A stretch of 64,000 bases of DNA from Candidatus Hydrogenedentota bacterium (GCA_963745075.1 CAVUWV010000028.1:1-64000), one strand, 5' to 3'; positions 21,169 through 31,256 are shown, counted from the stretch's first letter. Translations and numbers: made by a program. The notes: generated by a model from the letters alone, not told the origin.

Positions 21169-22851
21169 TTATGCGTTACATCGAGTTGAACCCCATGCGC
21201 GCGAGACTCGCCGCCGCTCCCGTGGACTGGTCCGGGAGCCGCACACGCGCCCATCTCGCCTACAATGGAATTTGCCGCCGTCTGGAAGTACAACTCGGCC
21301 GATACTCTCGCAAACGCGAATGTGGACCCAAGGTCCCGCGCAAAAGAATTTGGTACTGTGTCCCCTTATTTCTGGGAATTGCGTATTGGGCTCACAGTAT
21401 AGGTCAATTCCCTCCGTGAGCATTCCCGGTTCTACAGGTACTTCCAGGTGATACCAAATTGAATCTGTTATGGCGTCAGGATGCCGGACTCCTGAAAGTA
21501 TGTATGGGGGGCCTGCGCGTGGCCCGACGTCGACAACACCAGCCGCAAGCTGGTCGATGCGGTAGGAGCCGTCCGCGTCTGCGCGCGCCGCGAGTAAAGG
21601 GCTTCCAATTCCTCTCTGGTTGTAGTTGAGCGACATCCCCCCAATGGGTGCACCGGTTTCGGCATCGTAAACATGTCCGGCAATCGCACCGTCACGCACC
21701 AATTGAAGAAGGACTTCATCGTTCGCGTATCCCCTTGCCACGGTGATCCGTACCGCCGCACTGGTTGCACCTTCTTTCGCTGCATAGACATTCACGTCAC
21801 CGGGAGGCACGTTCTCAAATTTGAAATAGCCAAAGGCATCTGCGCTCACATTTTCGTCGTATCGAGCAAATGCCTCGGAGAGTGGCCCCAGCAGCTCTGT
21901 CATACCCTCGATGTATACCTTTGCTTCAGCCACCGGCTCGCTCGTGTTTGCTTGAACTACCTTGCCGGTCACCACGCCAGCCTCACGCAACACGATCCGA
22001 ATATTCTCAGCGGGCAAAGTTATGCGACGCGCGTTCCACCAAGCGTCGCCCGTTGTCTCGCAACGTCTCAGATTCTCGGGACTCCCAGCCCATCCAGGTG
22101 CATAGCCCTGCTTTTCGGCTCCAAGGTTTCCAAGAATGCACCCATCAGGAATGTTCTGAATCCTGAATCTTCCCGCAGCGTCCGTTTCAACCTTTACGAG
22201 GTAGCTTCCGTCCCCCAGCGATCCCAAAGCGTAAATTCGGTTCTTCTTTGTCTGTGTTGAGACCGACGTTTCAGGACTCACGGAGGGAGGCTCACTAAGT
22301 TCGAGTAAGAAGACCGTCGCTCCGGAAATGGGGGTATCTTCCTCGGACACAACAAATCCTGCTACCGAAACGGCGGGATGCAGTACAAAATCTACTTCAT
22401 CACGCTTCTCATTCTGAGACAACGCCAGAAGTTGGCCACCTCCCATGGCCCAATTGGGGTGAGTGACGACAACGGTCAGGATCTTGTCCACCGGCAAATC
22501 AAGCAGGCGGTAGGCGCCGAGTTCATCCGAGGAAGTCTCACCGATCACGTCGCGCTCCGACCACCCCGATTCCCGGGGTTCGCGGGGGAACAATACCGCA
22601 AGTTTCGCGTCAGGAATTGGCTGGCCATCAGGCCGGAGGACTCGTCCGCTCACCCGCGTCGACGGCGGTTCTGGTTCCGGAGAGATAGGCTCTTCGATAG
22701 GTTCATACGTAAACTCAATAGGCAATGATTGAGGGGTCACGTTACCCGAAGCGATCTTCGCCGTTTCCACGTCGGAAGGGCGATTCTTCAGCCATGCCCA
22801 AAGGCAGGCAACGCATACGCCCACGACGATGATGAGTATTACCTTACGCAT
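21169..22851 (-). CDS. Secreted/anchored protein with carboxypeptidase-regulatory-like (CarboxypepD_reg) repeats; native C-terminus probably lost after about 21390
   Basis: N-terminal TM; repeated ISGRV...GxPIxGA.V...TDxxGxFRI modules; AT-richer than flanks; last ~70 codons are antisense to the RAYT remnant. Confidence 0.7.
   Translation of the reverse strand: MRKVILIIVVGVCVACLWAWLKNRPSDVETAKIASGNVTPQSLPIEFTYEPIEEPISPEPEPPSTRVSGRVLRPDGQPIPDAKLAVLFPREPRESGWSERDVIGETSSDELGAYRLLDLPVDKILTVVVTHPNWAMGGGQLLALSQNEKRDEVDFVLHPAVSVAGFVVSEEDTPISGATVFLLELSEPPSVSPETSVSTQTKKNRIYALGSLGDGSYLVKVETDAAGRFRIQNIPDGCILGNLGAEKQGYAPGWAGSPENLRRCETTGDAWWNARRITLPAENIRIVLREAGVVTGKVVQANTSEPVAEAKVYIEGMTELLGPLSEAFARYDENVSADAFGYFKFENVPPGDVNVYAAKEGATSAAVRITVARGYANDEVLLQLVRDGAIAGHVYDAETGAPIGGMSLNYNQRGIGSPLLAARADADGSYRIDQLAAGVVDVGPRAGPPYILSGVRHPDAITDSIWYHLEVPVEPGMLTEGIDLYCEPNTQFPEIRGHSTKFFCAGPWVHIRVCESIGRVVLPDGGKFHCRRDGRVCGSRTSPRERRRVSRAWGSTRCNA
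21171..21270 (+). pseudogene. Remnant of a REP-associated tyrosine transposase (RAYT, IS200/605-like Y1)
   Basis: MRYIELNPMRARL..PVDWSGS matches the YIxxNPxRA..WSS motif; followed by GGTACTGTGTCCCC repeat-like sequence near 21350. Confidence 0.6.
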
Positions 22852-22930
22852 GTGAACTCCTAGTCAAGATCAAGAACCGCTAACAGTAACTGCCAACCAA
22901 TTGTTGCGTAACCACACCGGAGAAAAGCGC

Positions 22931-23014
22931 CGGAATGTAGCGCAGGCGTCTCGCCTGCAGAATCACTGGATTAGACTGAATAAGATGCAGGCGAGACGCC
23001 TGCGCTACATTCCG
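22931..23014. repeat. REP/REPIN-type inverted doublet (GTAG type)
   Basis: Perfect 29-bp arms CGGAATGTAGCGCAGGCGTCTCGCCTGCA / TGCAGGCGAGACGCCTGCGCTACATTCCG; each arm is itself palindromic. Confidence 0.85.
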
Positions 23015-23467
23015 CGTCCCATTCGTATAGGTTCTTTGTTAGAGATTCTAAGTACGTCATACATCGACGATTCATCACGCAATCAACGATTCCGTTTTGC
23101 GGTAACGCCGTTCCCCGAAACGCTTAGGACCGATTTTGCCAGAGGCACACAATCCCACGCGCCGTTATTGGGAATAGTATCACAGACGAAGCGAATGGCC
23201 GCGTGCGCGACGACAGGTAGTGCGGTTTTTGGGCTTGAGCCCTCAGCAAGTCTTGAGTTACTTCCTGTGGCACGCCGAGCCGACAACGGTCACGGAGGGC
23301 CCTCGTTGTATTCTTAGGAGCCCTCTGAAGAAATCTTCGTGATATTACATTCGCGCAATACCAGAGAAGACAAAGGAAAACGAAGAGATACAGTATTACT
23401 TCTTCTTGCGCGGGCCTTAGGGGCCGGGGCTTCGGGTGTTACAGGCCGCTGCGGTTCGATTGCCGTA

Positions 23468-24799
23468 TTAGAGCGACCAGCCTTGCCGGTACTCGGTCCG
23501 CAGATATTGGTCGGCTTCGGGCGCGTTCGTGCACGTTAACTTCTTAGGATCGAAATGGATCTTCCTGCCGGATCGGATGCAGACGTTCCCCAGCAGAACG
23601 TTTTCCGTCAGTGGTCCCGAATAGTCGAAGTTTGAAAGGGACGCCTCGGGTTTATTGGCTTTGATCGCGGCAATCCATTCTTCGTGCTGTCCCGGCGAGC
23701 GCGGAATCGACGGTGCCGGCTGTTTGTAATCGGCCATGCGCGACGCGGGCAGCAAACACGGATCTTGAACGTTCTCATCGGAACCCATGATGACGCCGTC
23801 ATCGCCAATGAAGAAGACGCCGCCGTTGCTGTTCCCCATCGCCCGTCCGTCTTCGAGTTGCGGTGGACGCGGAGGGCGGATGCCCCCGTCATACCAGGTC
23901 AACGTCACGGGCGGTTTGTCGCCGCGCGCGGCGAACTCGTACGTGATCATGGACGCTAGCGGTGCGGTCTCATCATTTACGGGTGTCGAACTCGCTTCGA
24001 CGCTTACCGGATACCCCAGCTCCAGCGCGCTGTACGGGGCATCCATCAAATGACAGGCCATATCGCCCAACGCGCCGCAGCCAAAGTCCCACCAGCCGCG
24101 CCAGACGAAGGGGCAATAGGCCGGATTGTACGGACGCTCCGGCGCGGGGCCGAGCCACAAGTCCCAGTCGAGGGTATCGGGCACTGGAGGCGTGTCTGTC
24201 GGACGGCCAACGCCCTGCGGCCACCAGTTCGCCGGTCGATCGGTCCAGATGTGCACTTCACGAACGGGCCCGATGGCGCCGTCATTGATCCATTCCGTGA
24301 CCAACCGGATGCCGTCCATCGAATGGCCCTGGATTCCCATCTGCGTGACCACCTTGTGTTCGCGGGCCGCCTTGGCGAGTTCCCGGGCTTCGTATACCGT
24401 GTGCGTCAACGGCTTCTCGCAGTACACGTGCTTTCCCGCTTTGATGGCGGCCATGGAAATGATGGCGTGCAAGTGATCCGGCGTCGCGATGACGACGGCG
24501 TCGATGTCCGGCTCTTTGTCCAGCATTTCGCGGTAGTCTTTGTACTGCTTCGCGTTCGGGTACTCCGCAAAGGTTTTTGCGGCATACTTTTCATCAACGT
24601 CGCAGAGCGCGACGATGTTTTCGCTGCTGCATCCCCGCAGGTCCGAATGCCCCCGGCCGCCGATGCCGACCCCGGCAATGTTGAGTTTTTCGTTGGGAGA
24701 CGCCGCCTTCGCAATGCGCGGCCGGGCCAACGCAACGGCTGTCGCTCCCGCAGTCGCTGCGCCAAAAAAGTATCGCCGGGTCATATTCTTCTCGCTCAT
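23468..24799 (-). CDS. Gfo/Idh/MocA oxidoreductase, Tat-exported
   Basis: MTRRYFFG twin-arginine leader; GIGGRG; ATPDHLH; YCEKPL; GALGDMACH. Confidence 0.9.
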   Translation of the reverse strand: MSEKNMTRRYFFGAATAGATAVALARPRIAKAASPNEKLNIAGVGIGGRGHSDLRGCSSENIVALCDVDEKYAAKTFAEYPNAKQYKDYREMLDKEPDIDAVVIATPDHLHAIISMAAIKAGKHVYCEKPLTHTVYEARELAKAAREHKVVTQMGIQGHSMDGIRLVTEWINDGAIGPVREVHIWTDRPANWWPQGVGRPTDTPPVPDTLDWDLWLGPAPERPYNPAYCPFVWRGWWDFGCGALGDMACHLMDAPYSALELGYPVSVEASSTPVNDETAPLASMITYEFAARGDKPPVTLTWYDGGIRPPRPPQLEDGRAMGNSNGGVFFIGDDGVIMGSDENVQDPCLLPASRMADYKQPAPSIPRSPGQHEEWIAAIKANKPEASLSNFDYSGPLTENVLLGNVCIRSGRKIHFDPKKLTCTNAPEADQYLRTEYRQGWSL

Positions 24800-24888
24800 G
24801 ATGGATCGCCTTTCTTAAGAAGGAAGTTTGTCGATACAGATTGGCCGTACGATATACGTGCAAGGTCAACAAACGCAATCGTGGCTCA

Positions 24889-27486
24889 CTACATGTTTCT
24901 TGCTGCTTTCCAGGATGGGTCCTTGTCATCGCCGGGAATTAAATACGCTCTGTATACGAACTGAGTGTTCGCCGGAGCGGACGCACCGATCGTCAACTCG
25001 AAAGCGCGCGGTGCGACCGAGGGTGTGGCGATGGTCCTCCAGGCCTGCCAGGAGGACGGATAGGTAGCTGTTCCCAGTACAGGTTGAAATGGGACGCTTT
25101 CATCGGCCAGCTTCCCTTCGCCGGAAAAGAGCTTTCCAACATCCTTCATGGGTAAAGGGGTTGCTGCATCTTTCATTTCCACAGTGAGGACCAGCATCCC
25201 GCCGGCGCGCGTCGCGGGCAGTTCGCCATGGACGACCACGTGACTCTCTGCTGAATCCGACGCGGGTTTCGATTCGGGACGGATCGGCTCGATCGAGATC
25301 TCCAGCGGCCGGCTTGACTCGACAAACTCGCTGGGAATCGGCCGTTCCTCGAACGAACGACCTAGCGTAGGCGATTCGCCCGACGGTACGACCTCCAGCA
25401 ATACGACCTCGAACGGACGCAGGCAGATTGAAAATTCGCTATCGAACGCCTCGGTATCGCCACGGAGCCGCGCCGGGTCCGGATACCAGCGATATACGTC
25501 CCAACTGCGACCGTCGGGAAGGCCCCACTCGGAGTCTAACGTCAGCGGCAGACAGGAATCCTTCCACGTGCAATTATCCAGGGCGAGAAAGGCCCGGCGT
25601 CCATCGGTGCAACAATAGCCATAGGGCTCGTCTTTCCGGGGATCGCCAAGGATGAACCGGGAATTGTCGAAGCATGCCGGTTGCGCTTTGAGCAGCGCGT
25701 TGAAGTCGGCCAACTGGGTCCACTCCGGCGGTGACAGCCAATCATGATCGCCCCAAATCTGGGCCAGGAGGCTGCCACGGCAAATATCCATCACGAACCC
25801 TTCTTGCCACCGTTCCTTTCCGATCGAGCTGTTCCATCCCCAATCCGAGAGCCACACCCCCAAGGAGTCCTTTCCGAGTGCCGGGATGTCGGCGGCGAAT
25901 CGTTGGGCCTGATCGAGCTTCTGGGTTACGCTGTCGCGCACGTAGGGGGCCGGCTGATCGCTGGGACTGGCGGCTTCGATGCCGAGCCCCGAATCGAACA
26001 GCGTATCACCGTAGAGGAGCCACCACGGAGACTTGTAGCCCCAGTAGAGCATCAAGAAGACGTCCGGGGACTCCTCATCCAAGGCCTGGAAAAAGTCGAT
26101 CAACCCATCGTCAATGGGTTCGGTCGAATAAAGGCCCGGCAAGTGCTCATGATTCGGGTTGACGCAGATGGTGCTGGTATTGTCAAACTTCAGCAGACGA
26201 ACGCCGTCTTCGCGGATGTGTTGGCGAAAGGCTTCCGTGTACATGGAGCGAATCGGCTCGGTCGCCCGGCAAAACGCCTTGCGCCCCAATTGAACCTGAT
26301 CCAACGTGTCAGGGTTCTGGAGATCGTAGTTCAGGCAGGCTTGAACTTCCGGACTCGGATTGCCGCCGATGGACCAGCCTTCGTACGAACCATCGATCCA
26401 AAGCCCCATGCTGGTTCCCAGCTTGTCCAACTCTTGATGGATTCGCGTTAAGCCATTGGGGAATCGTTGGGGATCACACTCTTTCAGCGTGCCATGGTAA
26501 TCGACCCAAAACTCCACGCTGAATAGGTCGAAGTGAAGTCCGGCTTCTTTCTGGCTCTCCGCCAGCCGATTCAGGCTGTGCAGTACGTAGGCTTCCGTGT
26601 TCATGAAGTCTCCGCCCGGCCAGGAGCCGAAGTTGTCGAAGATGGTGTAGGGTTTGTCGTGACCGCGCACCACGCGTCGCATGCGGCTGCGCACGTAAGC
26701 GATGAACGTCTTACGCGCTTCGCCCGCCGGGGCCACACCATAGACCGCCTCCATACAACGGAACGTTTGGGATGGCGCGAGGCGAACGCCCGGATACTGG
26801 CGCAGCGAGACCTTCCCCGCGGAGCCCTCCGCCACACCCGCCGGATGTACCAGCGCGGCGAAGAACTCGTCGTCGACGTACACCGGAAAGCCGCGTTCCA
26901 CCCCCTCGCTTCCGTCCAACGGAAACGCGCGGGGCGCCGAAACGGAATAGGTCCCGCCGGATGGTCGGTCTCGTACTTCGGCCCCCCCGGTGTCGTACTG
27001 ACCCAGCCGAACGTTTAATAGCCGGTTCAGTTCACGGTCACCCTCGTTGGTAATCTCGACGAATTTTCGCAGCACGGGCTGCGTGGCGTCCCAACGATAC
27101 GTCACCTGTGCGGAAATCTCGGGATCTTGGGCCGTCAGCGAAAAGACAACTTCACCCGCTGCCCCTTCGTTCTTGATTTGTGCTCCCGAAACCTCAAACT
27201 GCAGCGTGTGAAGCGGGCTGCCGGGCAGGCCGATGTCGGCCTCCAGTTCGGGTCCGTCGCCCAACTCGAGCGCTGTTCCTGTCTGCCGGTTCTCCCAGGA
27301 TTGCGCCCGGAGCCCGTTGGTGGTATCCAGACGAAACATAAAGGACGGCGAATTCAGTTTGATCTGGCTCCCGCGCTGCACCACACGGCAACGTTTCTCC
27401 GATTTGGCGGACTCCGCCAGCGTGAGGCCCGCCGACAAGAGAATTGCCAGTAGGATGGAGGTGATCTGCCGAAGGTGAATCTGCAT
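24889..27486 (-). CDS. Secreted glycoside hydrolase, alpha-galactosidase (GH27/36 clan D)-like
   Basis: Signal peptide; RFPNGL...MGLWI; LLKFDN nucleophile-like motif. Confidence 0.6.
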   Translation of the reverse strand: MQIHLRQITSILLAILLSAGLTLAESAKSEKRCRVVQRGSQIKLNSPSFMFRLDTTNGLRAQSWENRQTGTALELGDGPELEADIGLPGSPLHTLQFEVSGAQIKNEGAAGEVVFSLTAQDPEISAQVTYRWDATQPVLRKFVEITNEGDRELNRLLNVRLGQYDTGGAEVRDRPSGGTYSVSAPRAFPLDGSEGVERGFPVYVDDEFFAALVHPAGVAEGSAGKVSLRQYPGVRLAPSQTFRCMEAVYGVAPAGEARKTFIAYVRSRMRRVVRGHDKPYTIFDNFGSWPGGDFMNTEAYVLHSLNRLAESQKEAGLHFDLFSVEFWVDYHGTLKECDPQRFPNGLTRIHQELDKLGTSMGLWIDGSYEGWSIGGNPSPEVQACLNYDLQNPDTLDQVQLGRKAFCRATEPIRSMYTEAFRQHIREDGVRLLKFDNTSTICVNPNHEHLPGLYSTEPIDDGLIDFFQALDEESPDVFLMLYWGYKSPWWLLYGDTLFDSGLGIEAASPSDQPAPYVRDSVTQKLDQAQRFAADIPALGKDSLGVWLSDWGWNSSIGKERWQEGFVMDICRGSLLAQIWGDHDWLSPPEWTQLADFNALLKAQPACFDNSRFILGDPRKDEPYGYCCTDGRRAFLALDNCTWKDSCLPLTLDSEWGLPDGRSWDVYRWYPDPARLRGDTEAFDSEFSICLRPFEVVLLEVVPSGESPTLGRSFEERPIPSEFVESSRPLEISIEPIRPESKPASDSAESHVVVHGELPATRAGGMLVLTVEMKDAATPLPMKDVGKLFSGEGKLADESVPFQPVLGTATYPSSWQAWRTIATPSVAPRAFELTIGASAPANTQFVYRAYLIPGDDKDPSWKAARNM

Positions 27487-27571
27487 TAGCTGAACCCTTC
27501 TTGTGCCTCCGTAAGTATCGCTTCTCAGCGACAATAATAAGCGGTTACTATCCCCACGTCCCAAAAAGGCA

Positions 27572-28078
27572 TCATGAAAGAGCTGCCCGAATATCGGACA
27601 ACGTCACCATCAGCGTCATCGGATCTTTCGGGCTGGGAGTGAAACCGAGCGCGACATAGAAGCTCTTCGCCTCTTCCGAAATGGCGCGAACCACGATGCC
27701 GCGAATTCCGATCGCGTCGGCGGCCTGCGCTACGCGACATGCGGCGTCGCGGAACAAGGCGCGACCAATGCCGCGTCCCTGCCAGTTCGCATCTACCGCC
27801 AAGCGAGCGAGTACGGCCACCGGAATAGGATTTGGCATGTTGCGCCGGAAACGACCGGGTGCGGCCTCAACGGCGACCACACCGGAAGCGAGTGCGTAGT
27901 ATGCGATTACGCGTTTGTTGTGACAGACTACGTAGGTGCGTGAAGCGCCGCTGACCTGATTGGCAGGCGCCCGACGGGCGAGCCAATCATCGAGGGAAAC
28001 CTCCCCGGAATGGAACCCCGCCATATCGTGGTGATCCGCGAGCAGTTCGGGCGGCGTTAGCCCTTTCACTTTTCCCAT
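27572..28078 (-). CDS. GNAT toxin of a TacAT/AtaRT-type TA system
   Basis: FHSGEVSLDDWL, RRNMPNPIPVAVLARLAVD, QGRGIG, AKSFY..LGF. Confidence 0.88.
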   Translation of the reverse strand: MGKVKGLTPPELLADHHDMAGFHSGEVSLDDWLARRAPANQVSGASRTYVVCHNKRVIAYYALASGVVAVEAAPGRFRRNMPNPIPVAVLARLAVDANWQGRGIGRALFRDAACRVAQAADAIGIRGIVVRAISEEAKSFYVALGFTPSPKDPMTLMVTLSDIRAALS

Positions 28079-28353
28079 GGGGCCGCGGTCTGCAACGAAC
28101 GGCGTAGACGTTTATTCGGACGTGGCGGCGCGTCGAGGAGCGCCAGGAACTCGGCGTAGGCATCGGGATCGACCATGAATACGGTGCGGTCCAACAGCGT
28201 ATCCTCCGCTGCCTGACGCGCGGCGTCGAGCACAAAGTCCGTGCGGTTTTTCCCCGCCAGCTCCGCCGCCCGGTCGATGAGTCCACGGAGCTCCGCAGTA
28301 ATCCGCAGGTTCAATGTGTTGCGCTTGGCCTTCGTTTGTTGGGAAGAAGGCAT
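28066..28353 (-). CDS. DUF1778 RHH antitoxin
   Basis: LNLRI...LIDRAAELAGKNRTDFVLDAARQAAED.LLD...APWEK; overlaps the toxin start. Confidence 0.9.
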   Translation of the reverse strand: MPSSQQTKAKRNTLNLRITAELRGLIDRAAELAGKNRTDFVLDAARQAAEDTLLDRTVFMVDPDAYAEFLALLDAPPRPNKRLRRSLQTAAPWEK

Positions 28354-28382
28354 ATGAAGTCTCCTGTTAAGCAACCACAAGA

Positions 28383-28412
28383 AGTATACCGTAATGACGT
28401 TGTCATTGCAAA
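28383..28412 (-). promoter_or_regulatory. TA promoter with a palindromic operator
   Basis: TTGCAA-N18-TATACT on the minus strand; imperfect palindrome GTAATGAC-GTT-GTCATTGC (28391-28409) overlapping the spacer. Confidence 0.55.
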
Positions 28413-28447
28413 TGTCAGGAGCTTGTGTTTCCACCCTTGCAGAACAC

Positions 28448-29347
28448 TCAGCCCACGTTCGCGAGCGAGGCGGGAAACGGGATAACGAAGTTCCGGTCGC
28501 AGTCGTGGCCGGCGGCGAGGGTATGGTCGTGGACGAGGGAGCGGGCGGCGAAGGTCTTATCGCTTAGTCCGTGGGTCCCGACTTCCAGGCGGTCGTCGTG
28601 GACGTCGATCACGCGATATTCGATGGGGTACTCGGCAAGGGCTCCGGTCGTGATGTGGAAAAGGCCGGAATCTTCGACGACGTAGTGCATGTGTGCGTGG
28701 CCCGTCAGGACGGCGACGACTTGGGGATACGGTTTGAGGAAGGCGCACAGCAAGGCGCCGTTTTCGAGGTAGTGGGGTTCGAGCATGCGTTCCCACTTCA
28801 AGCGTTCGGGAAGGGGAACGGCCGGATAGTGCATGGCGATCGCGGTGGGTAGCTTGGGATGTTTGGCTAGGTCTTCGCGCAGCCAATCAAACTGATGAGG
28901 CGGGATCGCCCAACGGTAAATCGGTTTCGACTCTTCCCGGTGCGGATACAGGGAGCCGTCCTCCCATTGCCACCAGGGATCGAGCACACAGACGTGCAGA
29001 TTCTGATGAGTAAACGAGTAGACGGTGTCCGGCAAGGGCAAGTGGTCGTGATAGGCTTCTACGAACCATGCTCGTGACCGCTGCCCCTGAAAGTCCTGGC
29101 TGCCCCCGGCGGGATAGTAGGGGTAGTCGAGCGAATCGAGCATGTCGCGGGCGGCGTAGACGGCGTCGCGCGAATCGTAGGCGGCGAGGTCGCCGGTGGC
29201 GAGGATGAATTCGGGCGCAATCCCCCGGAGATCGCGGCGCAGGCAGGTCAGCACGTCGGGCATTTGGGAATGAAGCTGGAGGTTGTTGCCGCACCCGTCC
29301 GACTGGGCGGCGAAATGGGGATCGGAAATATGAACGAACCTCCACAC
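28448..29347 (-). CDS. Calcineurin-like metallophosphoesterase (CpdA-like) with a degenerate GNH motif
   Basis: HISDPH, TGDL, GGSQD (in place of GNHD), MHYP, GHAH. Confidence 0.8.
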   Translation of the reverse strand: MWRFVHISDPHFAAQSDGCGNNLQLHSQMPDVLTCLRRDLRGIAPEFILATGDLAAYDSRDAVYAARDMLDSLDYPYYPAGGSQDFQGQRSRAWFVEAYHDHLPLPDTVYSFTHQNLHVCVLDPWWQWEDGSLYPHREESKPIYRWAIPPHQFDWLREDLAKHPKLPTAIAMHYPAVPLPERLKWERMLEPHYLENGALLCAFLKPYPQVVAVLTGHAHMHYVVEDSGLFHITTGALAEYPIEYRVIDVHDDRLEVGTHGLSDKTFAARSLVHDHTLAAGHDCDRNFVIPFPASLANVG

Positions 29348-29582
29348 AAACTGAATCCTTGGGTTGCGATTTCTGCCGATTCGGGTATCCGCTACAGGCC
29401 ATATCCGGCGTACCAGGACGGTTCACGTAATTAGGCAACCGCCACGTCCTCCGGTACGCATTACTCGGATCGTCGAGGGGACAATACAAATTCGCTAACC
29501 CAACACGCCAATGCACCATCCCGCCGAGACTATATACCTTGTCGAGTACGAGTACGATTAAGTGGACACAGATAAGAATCCA

Positions 29583-31256
29583 CTAATCAATCCCCATGCG
29601 CTTCATCGCCCGCCAGAGGGTCGTGCGACCCACGCCGAGAATATTGGCGGCTTCGCTGCGATTTCCCCGCGTCCGTTTGAGTACGGCGCGAATCACGTCG
29701 GCGTTCAGTTCCTGCGGGGGGCGAGCCCAGCGCGCGGCAATCACTTCTTCGGGAAGCTCGGACAGGGCCAGTTCCTCTTTCTGCGCGAATAGGACGGCGT
29801 GTTCGAGGACATTGCGCATTTGCCGGAGATTTCCGGGCCAGGAACATTCGCGAAGGACCCGGGCAAAATCCTCGCCCATACGGGGCACCGGCTTGTCGTA
29901 GCGCTCGCAGGCTTCCATTAGAAAGGTCTGGGCGAGACGGAGGATATCTTCGCCCCGTGCCCGCAAGGGTGGGACGTTGATTCGGCCGACGGCCAACGCG
30001 TAGTACAAGTTTTCGCGCAATTCGCCGGTGGCCAACTTTTCCAGGGGATCGAACTGGGTCGCTGCAACGACGCGCACGCCCGTAGGCAGGGGGTGGGTGC
30101 TACCGAGAGGAAGGTATTCCCCGTGTTCTATGGCACGGAAGAGCAGACCTTGCGCCTCCGAAGACAGCGCCGTGATTTCGTCCAGGTAGATCGTGCCGCC
30201 CTGTGCGCGGGTCAACAGACCGTCATAGGCGCGCACGGCCCCGGGGAATGCTCCGGGCTTGTACCCCGCGAGTTCCTGAAGCAGTGCCGATGGGTTGAGA
30301 CCCCGGCAGTCGATGGATTCGAAGGGTTGTTCCCGGCGCGGCCCGCCGTGATGGATAGCCTTGGCCAAATTCCCCCGTCCGCTGCCCGGTTCGCCAATTA
30401 GGAAAACCGGCACGGCGGTTTGCGCGACTTGACGGGCGCGGGACGCGACCGGTTGCATCGCCTCGGATTCCATGATGAGGTTGTCGAGAAGCAATTCCGT
30501 CTTGAGACGCCGGCTCATCGTCGCGAGGGAACTCTGTGCGCTGCGCGCGGCGCGTTGCGCGGTATCGACCATGTCGTCGCGGCGTTTCAATTCGGCTTCG
30601 ACCGATTCCACGCGCAAGGCCTGACGCGCCCACAACGCGTCGTCGGCCGTCCATTCGCTGTCGAGTTTGGAGATGAAACGGCAACAGTCGTCGCCCGCGT
30701 TTACGCAGGCCTGTTCAAGCGTGATCACGGGCCGTCCCAGGATTTCACTGACGTGGCCGGAGAGATACCCTGCCGTTTCCCAGCAGATGCATCCGCGAAT
30801 GTCGTCGCGGACCATTTGGTGAGCAATGGCTTCGTGGCTGTTACGAACGGCGATTTCGCGATACAAGGTGCCCGCGTCCAAGTCGAATTCGAAGCGGACG
30901 GGTTCGGCGACGTACCGTCCCTGAAGTTGACCGAATACGGTCGCCGCTTGCAGCGCGAGGCGCGCGTTGCCGTCGTACTGGGCCATGTGACGGGATGCGT
31001 CGCGACGGCCTCGCTCGAATCCGATGCGAAAGCACAAGGCGCGTGCGCGGTCGTGCCCGAGGATTTCGAGTTGCTGGCGTCGCGCGACGGCGAGGGATTC
31101 GACGTCGACGAAGACGCCGTGCCGATTCATCATGGCCACACGGCCGGCGTTCGGCGAAGATTCCAGCCAGGTAGCCCGGTTTGCTTCGAGATAGTGGGCC
31201 AAAACCGGGGGTAAATCTAAGAATACCTGGGCGCTGAGTTTATTTGGTCGTACCAT
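29583..31256 (-). CDS. XylR/DmpR-like regulator (XylR_N + V4R + AAA+ + Fis HTH) with degenerate ATPase motifs
   Basis: V4R-type CICWETAGYLSG..EQAC...CCRF; GEPGSGRG; GAFPGA; IYLDEI; WPGNLRQ; GNRSEAANILGVGRTTLWR. Confidence 0.85.
   Translation of the reverse strand: MVRPNKLSAQVFLDLPPVLAHYLEANRATWLESSPNAGRVAMMNRHGVFVDVESLAVARRQQLEILGHDRARALCFRIGFERGRRDASRHMAQYDGNARLALQAATVFGQLQGRYVAEPVRFEFDLDAGTLYREIAVRNSHEAIAHQMVRDDIRGCICWETAGYLSGHVSEILGRPVITLEQACVNAGDDCCRFISKLDSEWTADDALWARQALRVESVEAELKRRDDMVDTAQRAARSAQSSLATMSRRLKTELLLDNLIMESEAMQPVASRARQVAQTAVPVFLIGEPGSGRGNLAKAIHHGGPRREQPFESIDCRGLNPSALLQELAGYKPGAFPGAVRAYDGLLTRAQGGTIYLDEITALSSEAQGLLFRAIEHGEYLPLGSTHPLPTGVRVVAATQFDPLEKLATGELRENLYYALAVGRINVPPLRARGEDILRLAQTFLMEACERYDKPVPRMGEDFARVLRECSWPGNLRQMRNVLEHAVLFAQKEELALSELPEEVIAARWARPPQELNADVIRAVLKRTRGNRSEAANILGVGRTTLWRAMKRMGID

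Noticed and set aside
23015..23460. AT-richer intergenic stretch as a possible small gene or ncRNA
   Set aside because: No convincing ORF, motif or recognisable RNA structure.
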